NCBI RefSeq assembly: GCF_006345805.1
Contig: NC_043003.1
Coordinates: 16,616,001-16,680,000, forward strand
DNA length: 64,000 nt
Source: Octopus sinensis
Taxonomy: Eukaryota
Reading direction: 5' to 3'
The first letter of the stretch is position 1, and each line of letters starts with the position of its first letter. The notes below the pieces were generated by a model. That model was not told the DNA's origin, searched no databases, and saw only the letters and a program-made list of their open reading frames with translations. The position numbers and the translations under genes were made by a program. Below, in pieces: positions 12,200 through 25,154 of this stretch.

Positions 12200-12446
12200 A
12201 AATGCGCCCTTTTAAAGCCTACCCAGGCTCATGGGTTTCCCGGTTTCAATGGCGTATGTGTTCCCCAGCTGGACGGGACGCCAGTCCATCGCAGCGTTAC
12301 TCATTTTTGCCAGCTGAGTGGACTGGAGCAACGTGAAAATGAAGTGTTTTGCTCAAGAACACAACGCGTCGTCCGGTCCAGGAATCGAAACCACAATCTT
12401 ACGATCATGATGCTGACACCCTAATCACTAAGCCACGCACCTCCAC
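12200..12446 (-). mobile_element. tRNA-derived SINE type C, variant 2 (V/CORE-like centre)
   Basis: Head TGGCTTAGTG...GGTTTCGATTCC; centre GTGTTCTTGAGCAAAACACTTCA; homologous to 24664-24915. Confidence 0.8.
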
Positions 12447-13148
12447 ATTTACAGTTTGTAGGTAACATAATTTGAAATATATATGATTTAATTTCTGAGT
12501 TCTTTGATATCCTTCAATGAAATTTCATCTTTGTTCACCTTTCCCAGAAAATCCTGTACCTATTCTAAGAAAGTGAACTGTAGTGCAGAAAAATTGTTTT
12601 GCAACATACGACAAACAGTGTTCATCTAATTTAAACTGAGGAGTTAATGTCTGTTTATATCAAATGTTCTCATTGTAATGTATTTCTAGTAATCATTATA
12701 TCATTTATTTCTGCCGAACCACACAATAGTACTTTGTGTCAGTCCTTCTGCCTGGTTCCACCTGGAGGTATGAACATTGCCAGCCTCCGGACGATGATGC
12801 AGGGCTGAAGACGAAAAGCATATGAAAGTTATTGGCTAACTCAAACAAAAACAAAGGATCGGAGGTTGGAATTAGTTTATAAGGTTAGTTGGTGTCCGAT
12901 GATTGAACACGCATAGAAATCAATAGATTTCGACTTGACTAATTAAGAAACCCTTATACACAGACAAAAGAGCAAATCGTATCATCACTAGGAAAAGATT
13001 AATGCGATATCTATAAACTCCTCCAATGTTTAAAAAATAGTATTCGTTATATATTGGAGATGATTCCTCAAAAGCATTCACTTGAAATTATGGAGATGTA
13101 CTTGCATAGCAAGTGACCTGATCTGAGATCGTGTGCTGGAACGAAAAA

Positions 13149-13513
13149 CAATTGCAGCGTGGAAGGTGTTTATAAGCCATTTAAGAAACACACAAAAACC
13201 GTTAGATTCACTTCAACAGTTAAATTTAATTTGTCAAAATATTTTCATCGCTTTGAGACCGCGACCTGTTCACTGACAAAATTCTATTATGGGAATTGGT
13301 AATTATTAAACAGCTGAAAGAAAATAAATTCAAATATGCTTGTTATTTCCCTATATTTCATTATATAGATGCAGCACTGAATTTTGTCAGTGAAACGGTC
13401 GCGGTCTCAAAGCGACGAAAATATTTTGACAAATCAAATTTAACTGTCGAGTGAATCTAACGGTTTTTGTGTGTTTCTTAAATGGCTTATAAACACCTCC
13501 CATGCTGCAATTG
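13149..13513. repeat. Inverted repeat, ~135-bp arms, 94-bp spacer
   Basis: 13149-13284 is the reverse complement of 13379-13513; the spacer is itself duplicated in inverted form at 13631-13708 next to (TA)n. Confidence 0.92.
13230..13280 (-). ncRNA. Candidate minimal hammerhead with G3:C8 swapped core
   Basis: Minus strand reads TTTGTCA-GTGAACA-G-GTCGC-GGTCTCAAA-GCGAT-GAA-AATATT-T-TGACAAA: 7-bp stem I, 5-bp stem II, palindromic stem III, UUU triplet. Confidence 0.55.
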
Positions 13514-13703
13514 ATTTACTTGAAAAATATTAAGAAAAGGCAAAATCCCTTTTTATCTTTCATGTACTTCTATGACAGTTTGCTGGTAAATAATTTGAAG
13601 TAATATATTTACTTATTAATTGTTTGCTGAGAATGAAATATAGGGAAATAACAAGCATATTTCAATTCATTTTCTTTCAGCTGTTTAATAAATACCAATT
13701 CCC

Positions 13704-13745
<42 letters not shown>

Positions 13746-13910
13746 TTACCAGAAGCATTACAATATCGGATATATTTTCGTTACCATAACGAAATTATAT
13801 AGGTATTTCTTTCAGAGTCACAGGATTCTGGAGACCAAATTGAGAAGTGATGAAGTCGATTGAATCGACTCAGATATATAAAAAGTTATCATCTAATTGG
13901 AAGAAAAGGA

Positions 13911-14510
13911 AGGCGGCGAGCTGGTAGAAACGTTAGCACGCCGGGCGAAATGCGTAGCCGTATTTCGTCTACCGTTACGTCCTGAGTTCAAATTCCGCCG
14001 AGATCGACTTTGCCTTTCATCCTTTCGGGGTCGATAAATTAAGTACCAGTTACGCACTGGGGTCGATATAATCGACTTAATCCGTTTGTCTATCCTTGTT
14101 TGTCCCTTCTGTGTTTAGCCCCTTGTGGGTAGTAAAGAAATAGAAATAGGTATTTCGTCTGCCGTTATGTTCTGAGTTCAAATTCTGCTGAAGTCAACTT
14201 TGCCTTTCGTCTTTTCGGGGTCGATTAAATAAGTACCAGTTACGCACTGGGGTCGATATAATCAACTTAATCCGTTTGTCTGTCCTTGTTTGTCCCCTCT
14301 ATGTTTAGCCCCTTATGGGCAATAAAGAAATAAGAAACGTTAGCACGCCGGTATTTCGTCTGTCTTTACGTTCTAAGTTCAAATTCCACCGACGTCGACT
14401 TTGCCTTTCCGGAGTCGATAATTATGTACCAGTTGCGTACTGGGATCGACCTAATCGACTGGCCAACTCCCCAAAAAGTTCGGGCTATGTGCCTAGAGTA
14501 GAAATAATTT
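13911..14510 (+). mobile_element. SINE type B (Meta/MESC-like core) concatemer, 3 units
   Basis: A-box-like GAGCTGGTAGAAACGTTAG, B-box GAGTTCAAATTCC, core GACTTTGCCTTTCATCCTTTCGGGGTCGATAAA; core-family name from recall. Confidence 0.88.
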
Positions 14511-14745
14511 TGAAAAAAGGCGGCGAGTTAGCAGAATCGTTAGCACGCCGGTCCAAATGTTTCCTAGCATCTCGTCCGTATTTAAGTTGTGTACAAAACC
14601 TGCTCATTTCGACATTTCGACTTGTCCTTTTATTCTTTCAGAGTCAATGACATAAGTACCAGTTGAGCACTGATATCGGTGTAATCGACTTATCCACCTC
14701 CCTTCAAAATTGCTGGCCTTATTCCAAACGTTGAAATCAATATTT

Positions 14746-14978
14746 TATTTCTTTACTACCCACAAGGGGCTAAACATAGAGGGGACAAACAAGGGCAGAC
14801 AAAGGGATTAAGTCGATTCCATCGACCCCAGTGCGTAACTGGTACTTGATTTATCGACCCCGAAAGGATGAAAGGCAAAGTCAACCTCGGCGGAATTTGA
14901 ACTCAGAACGTAACGGCAGACGAAATACGGCTACGCATTTCGCCCGGCGTGCTACCGTTTCTGCCAGCTCGCCACCTT
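14746..14978 (-). mobile_element. SINE type B monomer
   Basis: Full reverse complement of the type B unit. Confidence 0.9.
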
Positions 14979-15230
14979 GAAATCAATATTATTTAGTCCT
15001 CGTATAAATTCATAATCTTTTTTTCTTTGGCACTCCATCGCTATATGTCCAAAAAGCGGTAAAATTAATTCAAATTTTAAAAAAGGGAAACAAAATAACG
15101 AAGGAGAATAGAGCTACAAAAACACTATAAACAATACGATAAAAATATTTTTCGAGCTAATTCGAATAACATTGGAAAGATTAAAATAATAAATGATAGG
15201 GAACGAACGAATTTATGTGACAACTCAATA

Positions 15231-15618
15231 TCTTTATATATAAAAGTCAAGTTGTGTGTCTGTCTCCTACGATTTAGATTCCTAACTACTCCCACATTTT
15301 GCGGTGCAGTTTAACCACCGGGTATCTTATAGTCGTGATTCATATTGAGCCCTTCTGGGTATTAGCGCGCGGTCTACGATGAGTCTCGATTTAAAAAAAT
15401 TACCATCATTTTTTCCATTTTAATGCTTTTTTCGCTATTAATAAGGGAAGTAACTCTCTAAAAATGTCTACGATGAGTCAACGATTTAAAAAAAAATTTA
15501 CCATCATTGTTTTCCATTTTTAATGCATTTTTTTGCTATTTTTTGGCTATAACTCTCTAAAAATGCTTATATAGTTATTTCCCTTACAAACCCGAGCAAC
15601 GCCGGCGGATACTGCTAG
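15231..15618 (+). mobile_element. Complete non-autonomous Helitron-like element (388 bp)
   Basis: A|TCTTTATATATAAAAG start, 3' CCCGAGCAACGCCGG hairpin-like motif and CTAG|T end, no TSD; internal ~100-bp duplication. Confidence 0.85.
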
Positions 15619-16212
15619 TATTTCATAATTGTCTTTGCAAGTATAGCAGACAACGCCTGTCATTTTTCAGTATTGTTATAACCTTATCAGCAAAGTGTAA
15701 ATTGTCTTGATGTCTACTGTAAAGAAATCATTATTTCAGTTTAGAAATTATAGTTTTTCACAAAGACACAAACACATCCAATTGAGCAATGGGGTCGATC
15801 TAATCGCTTGGCCTTCGCCCCAAAAATTTCAGGCATTGTGCTTATAGTAAAAAAGGAATGTTTAATCAAAGATAGATAAAGAGGCGGGCAGCTGACAGAA
15901 TAGTTAACACGCGGGACACTTTACGTTCTCAGTTCAACTTGCGCCGAGGTTGATTTTTGCCTTTCATTCTTTCAGGGTCGATAAAATAAGTACTTGTCGA
16001 GCACTGGGATCGATGTAATCGATTTAGCTCCTTCCCCCAAAAGTTCTGAATCCAAATGCCACAAAGGGTAACTTTACGGGTCACTCTGCCAAGGTTCTGC
16101 GAAATATATTAGTAACAGTCAAGTTCCTGAGGGCGATTCAATCGAAAATAACCACTCCACTACTCTAAGGGAGTGAGCTGGCAGAACCATTAGCATGTCT
16201 GACAAAATGCTT

Positions 16213-16570
16213 AAGGCCACGAGCTGGCAGAAACGTTAGGACGCCGGACGAAATGCTTAGCAGTATTTCGTCTGCCGGTCTACTTTGCCTTTCATCCTTT
16301 CGGGGACGATTAAATAAGTACCAGTTACGCACTGGGGTCGATATAATCGACTTAATCCGTTTGCTTGTCCTTGTTTGTCCTCTCTGTGTTTAGCCCCTTG
16401 TGGGTAGTAAAGAAATAGGTATTTCTTCTGGCTACTTACATTCAGAGTTCAAGTTCTGCCGAGGACAATTTTGCCTTTAATAGCTTCGGGGTTGACAAAA
16501 TAAAGTAACAGTCCAGTTCTGGGGTCGATGTAATCAACTTGTCCATTCTTCTGTCAAAATAACTGGCCTT
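16213..16570 (+). mobile_element. SINE type B dimer (degenerate)
   Basis: Same unit; AAAGAAATA|GGTATTTC junction at ~16415. Confidence 0.8.
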
Positions 16571-17104
16571 GAATCCTGCAACAGACCGGCCTCCTGTTCC
16601 ATGTGGATGGTGTGATCTCACTCACTTATAAGTCTTAGGGTTTAAGAAAAAAGTTTCCCTAAATAATAGCTTTGTGCCAGTTTTAGAAACCAATATTTAA
16701 CTAGCAATTGATTAAATTGTTTAAACTATTTTTACAATTTCTCCCCGAAATAACTGCTTCATTAATTCAGTCACCCATCTAAAATATCATTTTTATGATG
16801 CTAATTACGTGCGAGACTTCATGGATCCGAATAATAACTAAGTTTTCAGTTATACGAAGTCATTGATGAGCTTGATATCAGACAAAATATAATTGAAAAT
16901 CCACATATTAATCTGGAAAATACGAAAAAATATGCTTCATTATTAACTGTCAGACTGATGTAATTAATTGTATTCGATGTAGAAGCGTTTATTTAGTTAC
17001 TGCATGTGGAATTCTGTAAATTGGACAATATCTCCCGACAAGCAAAACGAGATGATTTTTATTGAATAATGATGCATTTGTTAATAATGTTTGAATGTGT
17101 GTAT

Positions 17105-17151
<47 letters not shown>

Positions 17152-17339
17152 TATATATATATACATACATACACGTATACCAGTTGATGATTTGCTCGGA
17201 AACGAGTATCACAGAGTACAGGAAATAAGAGACGCCGAAAGGATAGAAGGCAAATTCGACATCAGCGGAATTTGAACTCAGAACGTAAAGATAGACGAAA
17301 TACCGCTAAGAATATCCAACAAAGTTACTGATTAATGAA

Positions 17340-17340
17340 C

Positions 17341-17375
<35 letters not shown>

Positions 17376-17478
17376 TTTCCTAATGAATGAACACATACAC
17401 ACACACACACCACCCACACACACACACACACATATATATTATATATATATATATATCTAATATATACATATATAATAT

Positions 17479-17513
<35 letters not shown>

Positions 17514-17528
17514 TATATAATATATATG

Positions 17529-17595
<67 letters not shown>

Positions 17596-17865
17596 CCTAT
17601 TATATATATATATATATATTACATATATATATCTATATAATATATATCTATATATATATACTATATATATATATACTCTTTACTCTTACTTGTTTCAGTC
17701 ATCTGACTGCGCCACACGGAGCACACACACACACACACACCGATATATATATATATATACATATATTTTTACATATATATATATATATATATCTATATAT
17801 ATACATATATATATATAATATATACATATATATATTATATATATATATACATATATATATATAAT
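17340..17865. repeat. Irregular (TA)n tract with SINE A tail fragment
   Basis: Direct reading. Confidence 0.9.
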
Positions 17866-18142
17866 TAATTAATAAGGGTGAGAGAATTACATACTAATTT
17901 AATAGTATATCTATTCAACACCAAGTGGCCTAGTGCTCCGAGAAACCTGGATTATTATAATATTTTATAATATATTATAATATTTTTACAAAATAATATA
18001 AGAGAGTGGTCACTAGATGGCTCACTCTAGCACCAGTTAATCCAAAAGGTTTCAACCAAAAATACCATGTTTCCCATGAAAGTCAGTACGATTGTTAGCT
18101 CACACGGACAGGCAATAAAAAAATAACAAAAAATACAGATTA

Positions 18143-18223
18143 TTTTGGGACAATTGTTTCGCTATTAATGAATTAAATGAATTTTACTTACAAAAAAATC
18201 CACTTGTAGCTCGTCAGCCAAAA
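18143..18223 (-). ncRNA. Canonical-core type I hammerhead
   Basis: Minus strand: TTTTGG-CTGACGA-GCTA...TAGC-GAA-ACAATTGT-C-CCAAAA; 6-bp stem I, palindromic stem III, GUC. Confidence 0.85.
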
Positions 18224-18464
18224 CTATCTGGATGAAATCCACTATCCTATTAACTTAGTACTCTAGTTCCATCTCACCTTAATCAATTAATTAAAATTAT
18301 GCGGCATTTATTTCTAAATGCTGTAATTGTTTTCCGTGAAGGTTGGCGCGCTGTTATTTGGGGCATTTGAATTATAACGTCGGATGTAATCAATTGAACC
18401 ACACTCGTATTTATCGTTATGTAAATCTGGCGTGTGATTGGAGTGGATTTCATAAAGATAGTTT

Positions 18465-18541
18465 TTTTGGCTGACGAGCTACAGTGGATTTTTTGTAAGT
18501 AAAATTCATTTAATTCATTATAGCGAACAATTGTCCCAAAA
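18465..18541 (+). ncRNA. Mirror hammerhead copy, one A missing from GAAA
   Basis: CTGACGA 18471-18477, TAGC-GAAC-AATTGTC-CCAAAA; the deletion may be a read error. Confidence 0.6.
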
Positions 18542-18689
18542 TAATCTGTATTTTGTTATTTTTTATTTGCCTGTCCGTGTGAGCTAACCATCGTACTGAC
18601 TTTCATGGGAAACATGTATTTTTGGTGGTGAAACTTTTGGATTAACTGGTGCTAGAGTTGAGCCATATAGTGACCACCTCTATTTTATC

Positions 18690-18695
18690 TATATA

Positions 18696-18730
<35 letters not shown>

Positions 18731-18795
18731 CGATATTGCTCCACACTGGAGCACACACCCCACACCACAACATATATATATATATATATATATTA

Positions 18796-18832
<37 letters not shown>

Positions 18833-18849
18833 AATATATATATATATAC

Positions 18850-18924
<75 letters not shown>

Positions 18925-18931
18925 TAATATA

Positions 18932-19010
<79 letters not shown>

Positions 19011-19748
19011 CTATATTATATAATATATATATATATATATACATATATCTATTATATATATAATATATATATATATATCTATATACATATATTATATGTA
19101 CATATATTATATATGTCTACATATATATATACTATATATATATATGTCATATATTATATATATATATATAGAGATAATCTATACGTATATATGTATATAT
19201 ATCGCTATATATATACTCTATACTATATATAATATATATATATACTGTATATTATATATTATATAATGTATATATATATATATCTATATATTGTATATAT
19301 ATTCCATACATATATATACATATATATATTATGATATAATATATATATTATACATATATATATATTATATACCATAGATATCTCTATATATACCTCTATG
19401 ATATATATACCTATATATGATATGTATTATATACTATATCATATATCTATATATATCTATTATATATCGGTATCTATTATATATATGCTATATACTATAT
19501 AATATAATATAGATATATGTATATACTATATATATATATATCTATTAATTCTATATATCTATATATATATATATGTAGTATCTATATATATATATACCTC
19601 TATCTATATTATATATACTATATATATATTATCTATATATATATATCCTCTATATATATCATATATATATATATATCTATTATCTATATATATAATATAT
19701 ATATCTCTATATATATATATATATATATCTAGTATATCTCTATATATC

Positions 19749-19779
<31 letters not shown>

Positions 19780-19850
19780 ATCTCACATCATATATATATC
19801 TATATATCTATCTATATCTATACTATATATATATATATATATGATATATA
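18690..19850. repeat. Long noisy (TA)n tract
   Basis: Direct reading; many single-base interruptions. Confidence 0.9.
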
Positions 19851-21039
19851 ACTCTTTACTCTTACTTGTTTCAGTCATCTGATGCGGCCACACTGGAGCA
19901 CCGCCTTTAGTCGATAAAATTACTTTTATCATAACTGAACGGAAAAAATATTAGCACACACATAAATTTATGCGTTAACTAGTGAAATCAGTGACAATCC
20001 TGCTGAAAGTTTTGCCATCAACGAAGCTATCGTTCTCAAATTGTGATATTAAGTAAACACATTCAGCACGATAAAATTCTCCTCCATTATAGATTACACT
20101 GAAAATACTTAAGACTGTGTCCTCCCATATTTGATCTTATACTCATAAACACCGAAGCTCGAAATTGAAACGAATATTGTAAAGTGTATTAATATAAAGA
20201 AAATAGATTCGTTTATTGATTATGTAAAAGTAATCAAACCTTCTTCGTTGACATTATTTAGCTTAATCAACACTTTGAATAAAATTAGTTGAAAAAGCAG
20301 CACGGCATACGTAGCTTGTATAAATAGATATAAAATTTACATGTGTTTATATTCAAACTTCTAAGAGTAGGTTGAAATCAAACGAAAAGTAAACGCTGAT
20401 TGGTTTGAACTAAGGTATGAAGCATAGCAGTCTTTGAAGTTGTTAACAATACCTGTTGAAATAAACTTGTCTACTTGTGAAACAGCCAGACAGGGGTTCC
20501 GTGACGATGTTTTTAAAATGCTCTATTAGCTAAACCAGAGTAACAACTCCACAATTCTGACAACCCTTTAACAGTAAAAATCTAATCGTTTAGATGCAAC
20601 AAATCAAACAAGACGGAAATTCTTGCGTGTAGCAAATCACAAGTATCGACCGATTCTGTCTCTTTTTTTTTTTTGCGAGGGTACAAAATAATAAAGAATT
20701 AGAACCAAAGATAAACTGCATTACGTGTCGGTTTGCTGTGTCAGATATCACGACTGAACTTTCCTCTTGAATATACATTGTTGCTTTAGCAAGCTTATGT
20801 TCTTCCGGTACTAAATAAATTGTGCTTTCTTCAATAATCCATAAAATAGATAGTATTATACCGCTGTTCGGAGACATATTTCTTCTTCATCTTTACCAGT
20901 ATTACTATTCGTTATACATATTCCACTAATATTTTACTACTTATGACTGTTTGTGGAGTCCCAACATGCAGCTGAATAAACTATAAAATCTGCTGAAAAC
21001 GTATGCATAAACGCATGATGGTGTATATGTGTATAGATA

Positions 21040-21220
21040 GAAAGATTGACAGACAGACAGATAGATAGGCAGACAGAAGGTCAGGCAGACAGACAGATAG
21101 ATAGATAGATAGATAGATAGATAGGTAGATAGGTAGATAGGTAGATAGACAGATAGATAGATAGATAGATAGATAGGTAGATAGGTAGATAGACAGATAG
21201 ATAGATAGATAGATAGATAG

Positions 21221-21251
<31 letters not shown>

Positions 21252-21431
21252 GTAGGTAGGTAGATAGGTAGATAGACAGATAGACAGATAGACAGATAGA
21301 TAGATAGATAGATAGATAGATGATAGATAGATAGATAGACAGATAGATAGGCAGATAGATGGTCAGACAGACTGCTAGACAGACTGCTAGATAGATAGAT
21401 AGATTGATTGATTGATAGAGTGACAGACTAC

Positions 21432-21479
<48 letters not shown>

Positions 21480-21485
21480 TAGATG

Positions 21486-21540
<55 letters not shown>

Positions 21541-21545
21541 GGATA
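21040..21545. repeat. (TAGA)n/(CAGA)n tetranucleotide microsatellite
   Basis: Direct reading. Confidence 0.95.
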
Positions 21546-23001
21546 TGTATGTATCTGTGTAGGTAAAGTAAAAACTAATGCCAGAAGCACTGGTAACAAC
21601 TGTAAGAGCTGTATTATCAACGTCTTTAACATTATAGTTGATCATCTGTATCTAAATTTACGCTGTAGAACTCGAACCAGAGTCGATGTGCAGATATTTT
21701 TTTTTTTTTTACATTGACCTTCATAAAATTGATCGTAAGAAATCAAAATGAAATTTTAGTCTCAATGAATCGGTGATATAGTTTTACAGTATTACTCGCT
21801 TTGACAGACTTCACCACTTCTCAACTTTTACAAGCCTAAGTGTTTGAAATAATATAAATGCACAATCGTTTAAACTGGCAAGTGGCAGAGCACTCTGCAG
21901 ATACGCGAACCCTTAACGTAGTTCTCTGGGAGATTCGGCGGGGTACAGAATGTAATAGGGCCAGCCCTTCAATTACTAGTACAACCCATTTTTGCCAGCT
22001 GAATGGAGCAACATAAAATAAAGTGTCTTACTCAAGTTGAACTCACGACCATTACTGAATACTTTAACCACTGAACTACGCGACTTCACACAATACAATG
22101 CACTCTATGTAAGTAGTATAAGTTTAGACCTCGGTGCAAGGGGATCCCGAATACATTCGACAAATATAAACGAGTATCTAAACACGCTTTCTGTGGTCAG
22201 AAAATGGAGGGATTGCAGGAGAGCTTTCGATCCTATTTGAAAAAATTCTTCAGCCATTGCACACTAAGTTTATGAAGTAATATTATATATTCTTTTCTAC
22301 TCTAGGCACAAGGCCCGAAATTTGGGGGGAGGGGGCCAGTCGATTAGATCGACCCAAGTACGCAACTGGTACTTAATTTATCGACCCCAAAAGAATGAAA
22401 GCGAAGTCGACCTCAGCAGAATTTGAACTCAGAACGTAAAGACAGACGAAATATTGCTAAACATTTCGTCCGGTGTGCTAACGATTCTGCTTGCTCGCCA
22501 CCTAAGAAATATATATTTATTTCTTTATTGCTCACAGGGGGCTAATCATAGAGGAATGAGCATAGGACTGCCCTTAGAAAGTTCCCCTCTAAGGCATAAA
22601 TCGGAGCAAGATTGTTTGTGGAGGACCAGCAGTCGCCCATGCATACCAGTCTACTCTCTTCACACCACGGATGTTGTCCAAAGGAAAAGCAAAGGCCGAT
22701 GCAACTTGGCACCAGTGACGTCACAACACATCTCTACAGCTGAGTAAACTGGAATAATATGAAATAAAGTGTCTAGCTCAAGAACCCAACACACAGTCCA
22801 GTCTGCGAATCGAACTCACAACCTCACGTATGAATACATACATATAAAAACATAGATATATATATCGTTGCTATTATGCAAATGTGTCGTAAGTCCAAAA
22901 CGTCGGTTTCCCAAAAACGAAAAAATATTTTCACCATTTCATAGCAAAACCGTTGTACTACATTTTGACAATTTTTGATATCTTGGCATCTGAAAAAGAT
23001 G

Positions 23002-23101
23002 NNNNNNNNNNNNNNNNNNNNNNNNNNNNNNNNNNNNNNNNNNNNNNNNNNNNNNNNNNNNNNNNNNNNNNNNNNNNNNNNNNNNNNNNNNNNNNNNNNN
23101 N
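23002..23101. other. Assembly gap (100 N)
   Basis: Run of N. Confidence 1.
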
Positions 23102-23120
23102 TATATATATTATATATAAC

Positions 23121-23165
<45 letters not shown>

Positions 23166-23290
23166 TACATATATAGTTATATATATATACATACATATAT
23201 ATATACATACATACATATATATATATACTTATATATATATACATACATACGGATATATATATATGTACATATGTATATACATATTTATAT

Positions 23291-23328
<38 letters not shown>

Positions 23329-23932
23329 TTGTTGTGTATGTGTGTGTGTGTGTGTGTGTGTGTTTGTTGTGTGTGTGTGTGTGTGTGTGTATGAGTGCCT
23401 GTGAAGACGCGTGGCGTAGTGGTTAAGGTGTTACATTCCCGATCGCCCTATCGTGGGGTCGATTCCTAGACTGGACAGCGTGTTATTGTTATTGAGGAAA
23501 GCACTTCATATCATGTTGCTCCAGTACATTCAGCTGCAAATGGTCTTCGGAACAGACCAGTGGCTGATTCTCTTTGACCCTTAGGCTATCCCTGAGAAAT
23601 GGGTAACCCTGCGACGGAGTAGCCCTCCGATTAGGGTGCATGTTGGACAGCTCGCTTAGCTAGCAGGGTCTTTTTTCTTTTTAGTCCTTTCAGTTGAGTC
23701 TATTACACATCCACTTTCATCATACCCCATTCCAAATACAGTAAAATTGCTTGCCGTTCACAGCCTAAGTGACGTGGCAGTGTCGACGGGTGAACTCTAA
23801 GGTGACCTCGGTCGATAGCCCGATCGTCCTACATGCAGCAACTGCTGTTTGACAAATCTCAAGTCAGAAATGTTTCTTACGTGTGCATCTCAGACAGTCG
23901 CAGCTGACAGTACTTCCGTGCTTGTAGAAAAT

Positions 23933-24097
23933 GTCTCGAACTGACAATGCGCCCCACCCTACCACCGTAGTAGTTCTGTTAGACGAAAGATTTTAGGGAA
24001 TTATGCATAGTCCCGGGCCGAAAGTATTCGGAATAGACCAGTAGCTGATTCTCTTTGCCGCTAAGAGTTCCCCTGAGAACGTCATCGCTGTCTGCCC
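23933..24097 (+). repeat. 165-bp unclassified repeat, left copy of an inverted pair
   Basis: Reverse complement matches 26491-26654 closely; a partial diverged copy lies at 23545-23610. Confidence 0.85.
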
Positions 24098-24663
24098 ATC
24101 ACTAGTCTTCTATAGACTGCTAAAACAAAAGTTTTAGTGGGTTTATTACCCGATTGATAGAGGACTGTGAGCGCCTGATAATATTCTAGATACCAGACAG
24201 CGTATCTTGACCCCGGATGGTAACTTTCAAAAAGACGAGCTGATTTTTTTTTTTACAATAAGTATTATAGAAGCTGGGGATAGTGTAATGGCAAAATATA
24301 AAAAAAACAAGCAACCAGCATGTGCTTAGGACATAAGAAAAAGTGGGGCACTCCAGAAATGGTAGATGGCTTACGGCACAAAAAAAATCATTTTAAACTT
24401 GCTGAAATAATATTCGAAGTAGTTTATATGATCGTAAATATAATTTCGATATGTTCATGGTGTTATAGTGAGGATCTGCTCAAAGACTTTGCAATTAAAA
24501 AAAGTAGGAGAAAACTTTTCAAATATAAATAAAGTGGAAGTAGACAAAAATAAACATTATTTTCCCTCTTACTGTTCGTTTTGTTACATTTTGATAAAAT
24601 AAAAATTTATTTGATGGTTTATTATAGTTTATGGTTTTGAATTACCTTTATACGAAATAATAA

Positions 24664-24915
24664 TAAATGCGCCCTGTTAAAGCCTAACCTGGCTCATGGG
24701 CCCGGTTTCCCGGTTTCTATGGCGTATGTGTTCCCCAGTTGGACGGGACGCCAGTCCATCGCAGCGTTACTCATTTTTGCCAGCTGAGTGGACTGGAGCA
24801 ACATGAAATGAAGTGTTTTGCTGAAGAACACAACTCGTCGCCTGGTCCAGGAATCGAAACCACAGTCTTGCGATCATGATGCTGACACCCTAATCACTAA
24901 GCCACGCGCCTCCAC
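24664..24915 (-). mobile_element. SINE type C, variant 2
   Basis: Homologous to 12200-12446. Confidence 0.85.
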
Positions 24916-25154
24916 TACATTTATATGGGGGCCACCGAAACCTTTTACGTGTTGAGGACCCTCATGGGTCAAAATCCCGTCCTGCAAGCAACAGTAGGAG
25001 ATATACATCGAGTAAAATGACATTAACAGGGTCATTTATACATTAATAAAGACTTGCGAACAGCTTGCTGGTTCAAGTGTTATCAATCGAAAGCTCCGCA
25101 TACGAGATACCAGTGGGTTCCAGGGATTATCAGGAGTTATCAAGGACGTTCTTC

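Larger units (their letters stand above)
18003..18680. repeat. Inverted repeat, ~240-bp arms, ~198-bp spacer, (TA)n on both sides
   Basis: 18003-18243 is the reverse complement of 18442-18680 with homopolymer indels. Confidence 0.92.

Noticed and set aside
13911-13995. tRNA-like A and B boxes here and at other SINE heads
   Set aside because: No complete cloverleaf and they continue into SINE cores; not tRNA genes
22915-22940. GAAAAATATTTTC palindrome after GAA
   Set aside because: No upstream core or stems; chance match in AT-rich DNA
23996-24080. HDV-like nested pseudoknot (GGGAATT/AGTTCCC, TTCTC/GAGAA, 7-nt loop)
   Set aside because: Lacks the P1.1 GG, P4 and a J4/2 strand with the catalytic C
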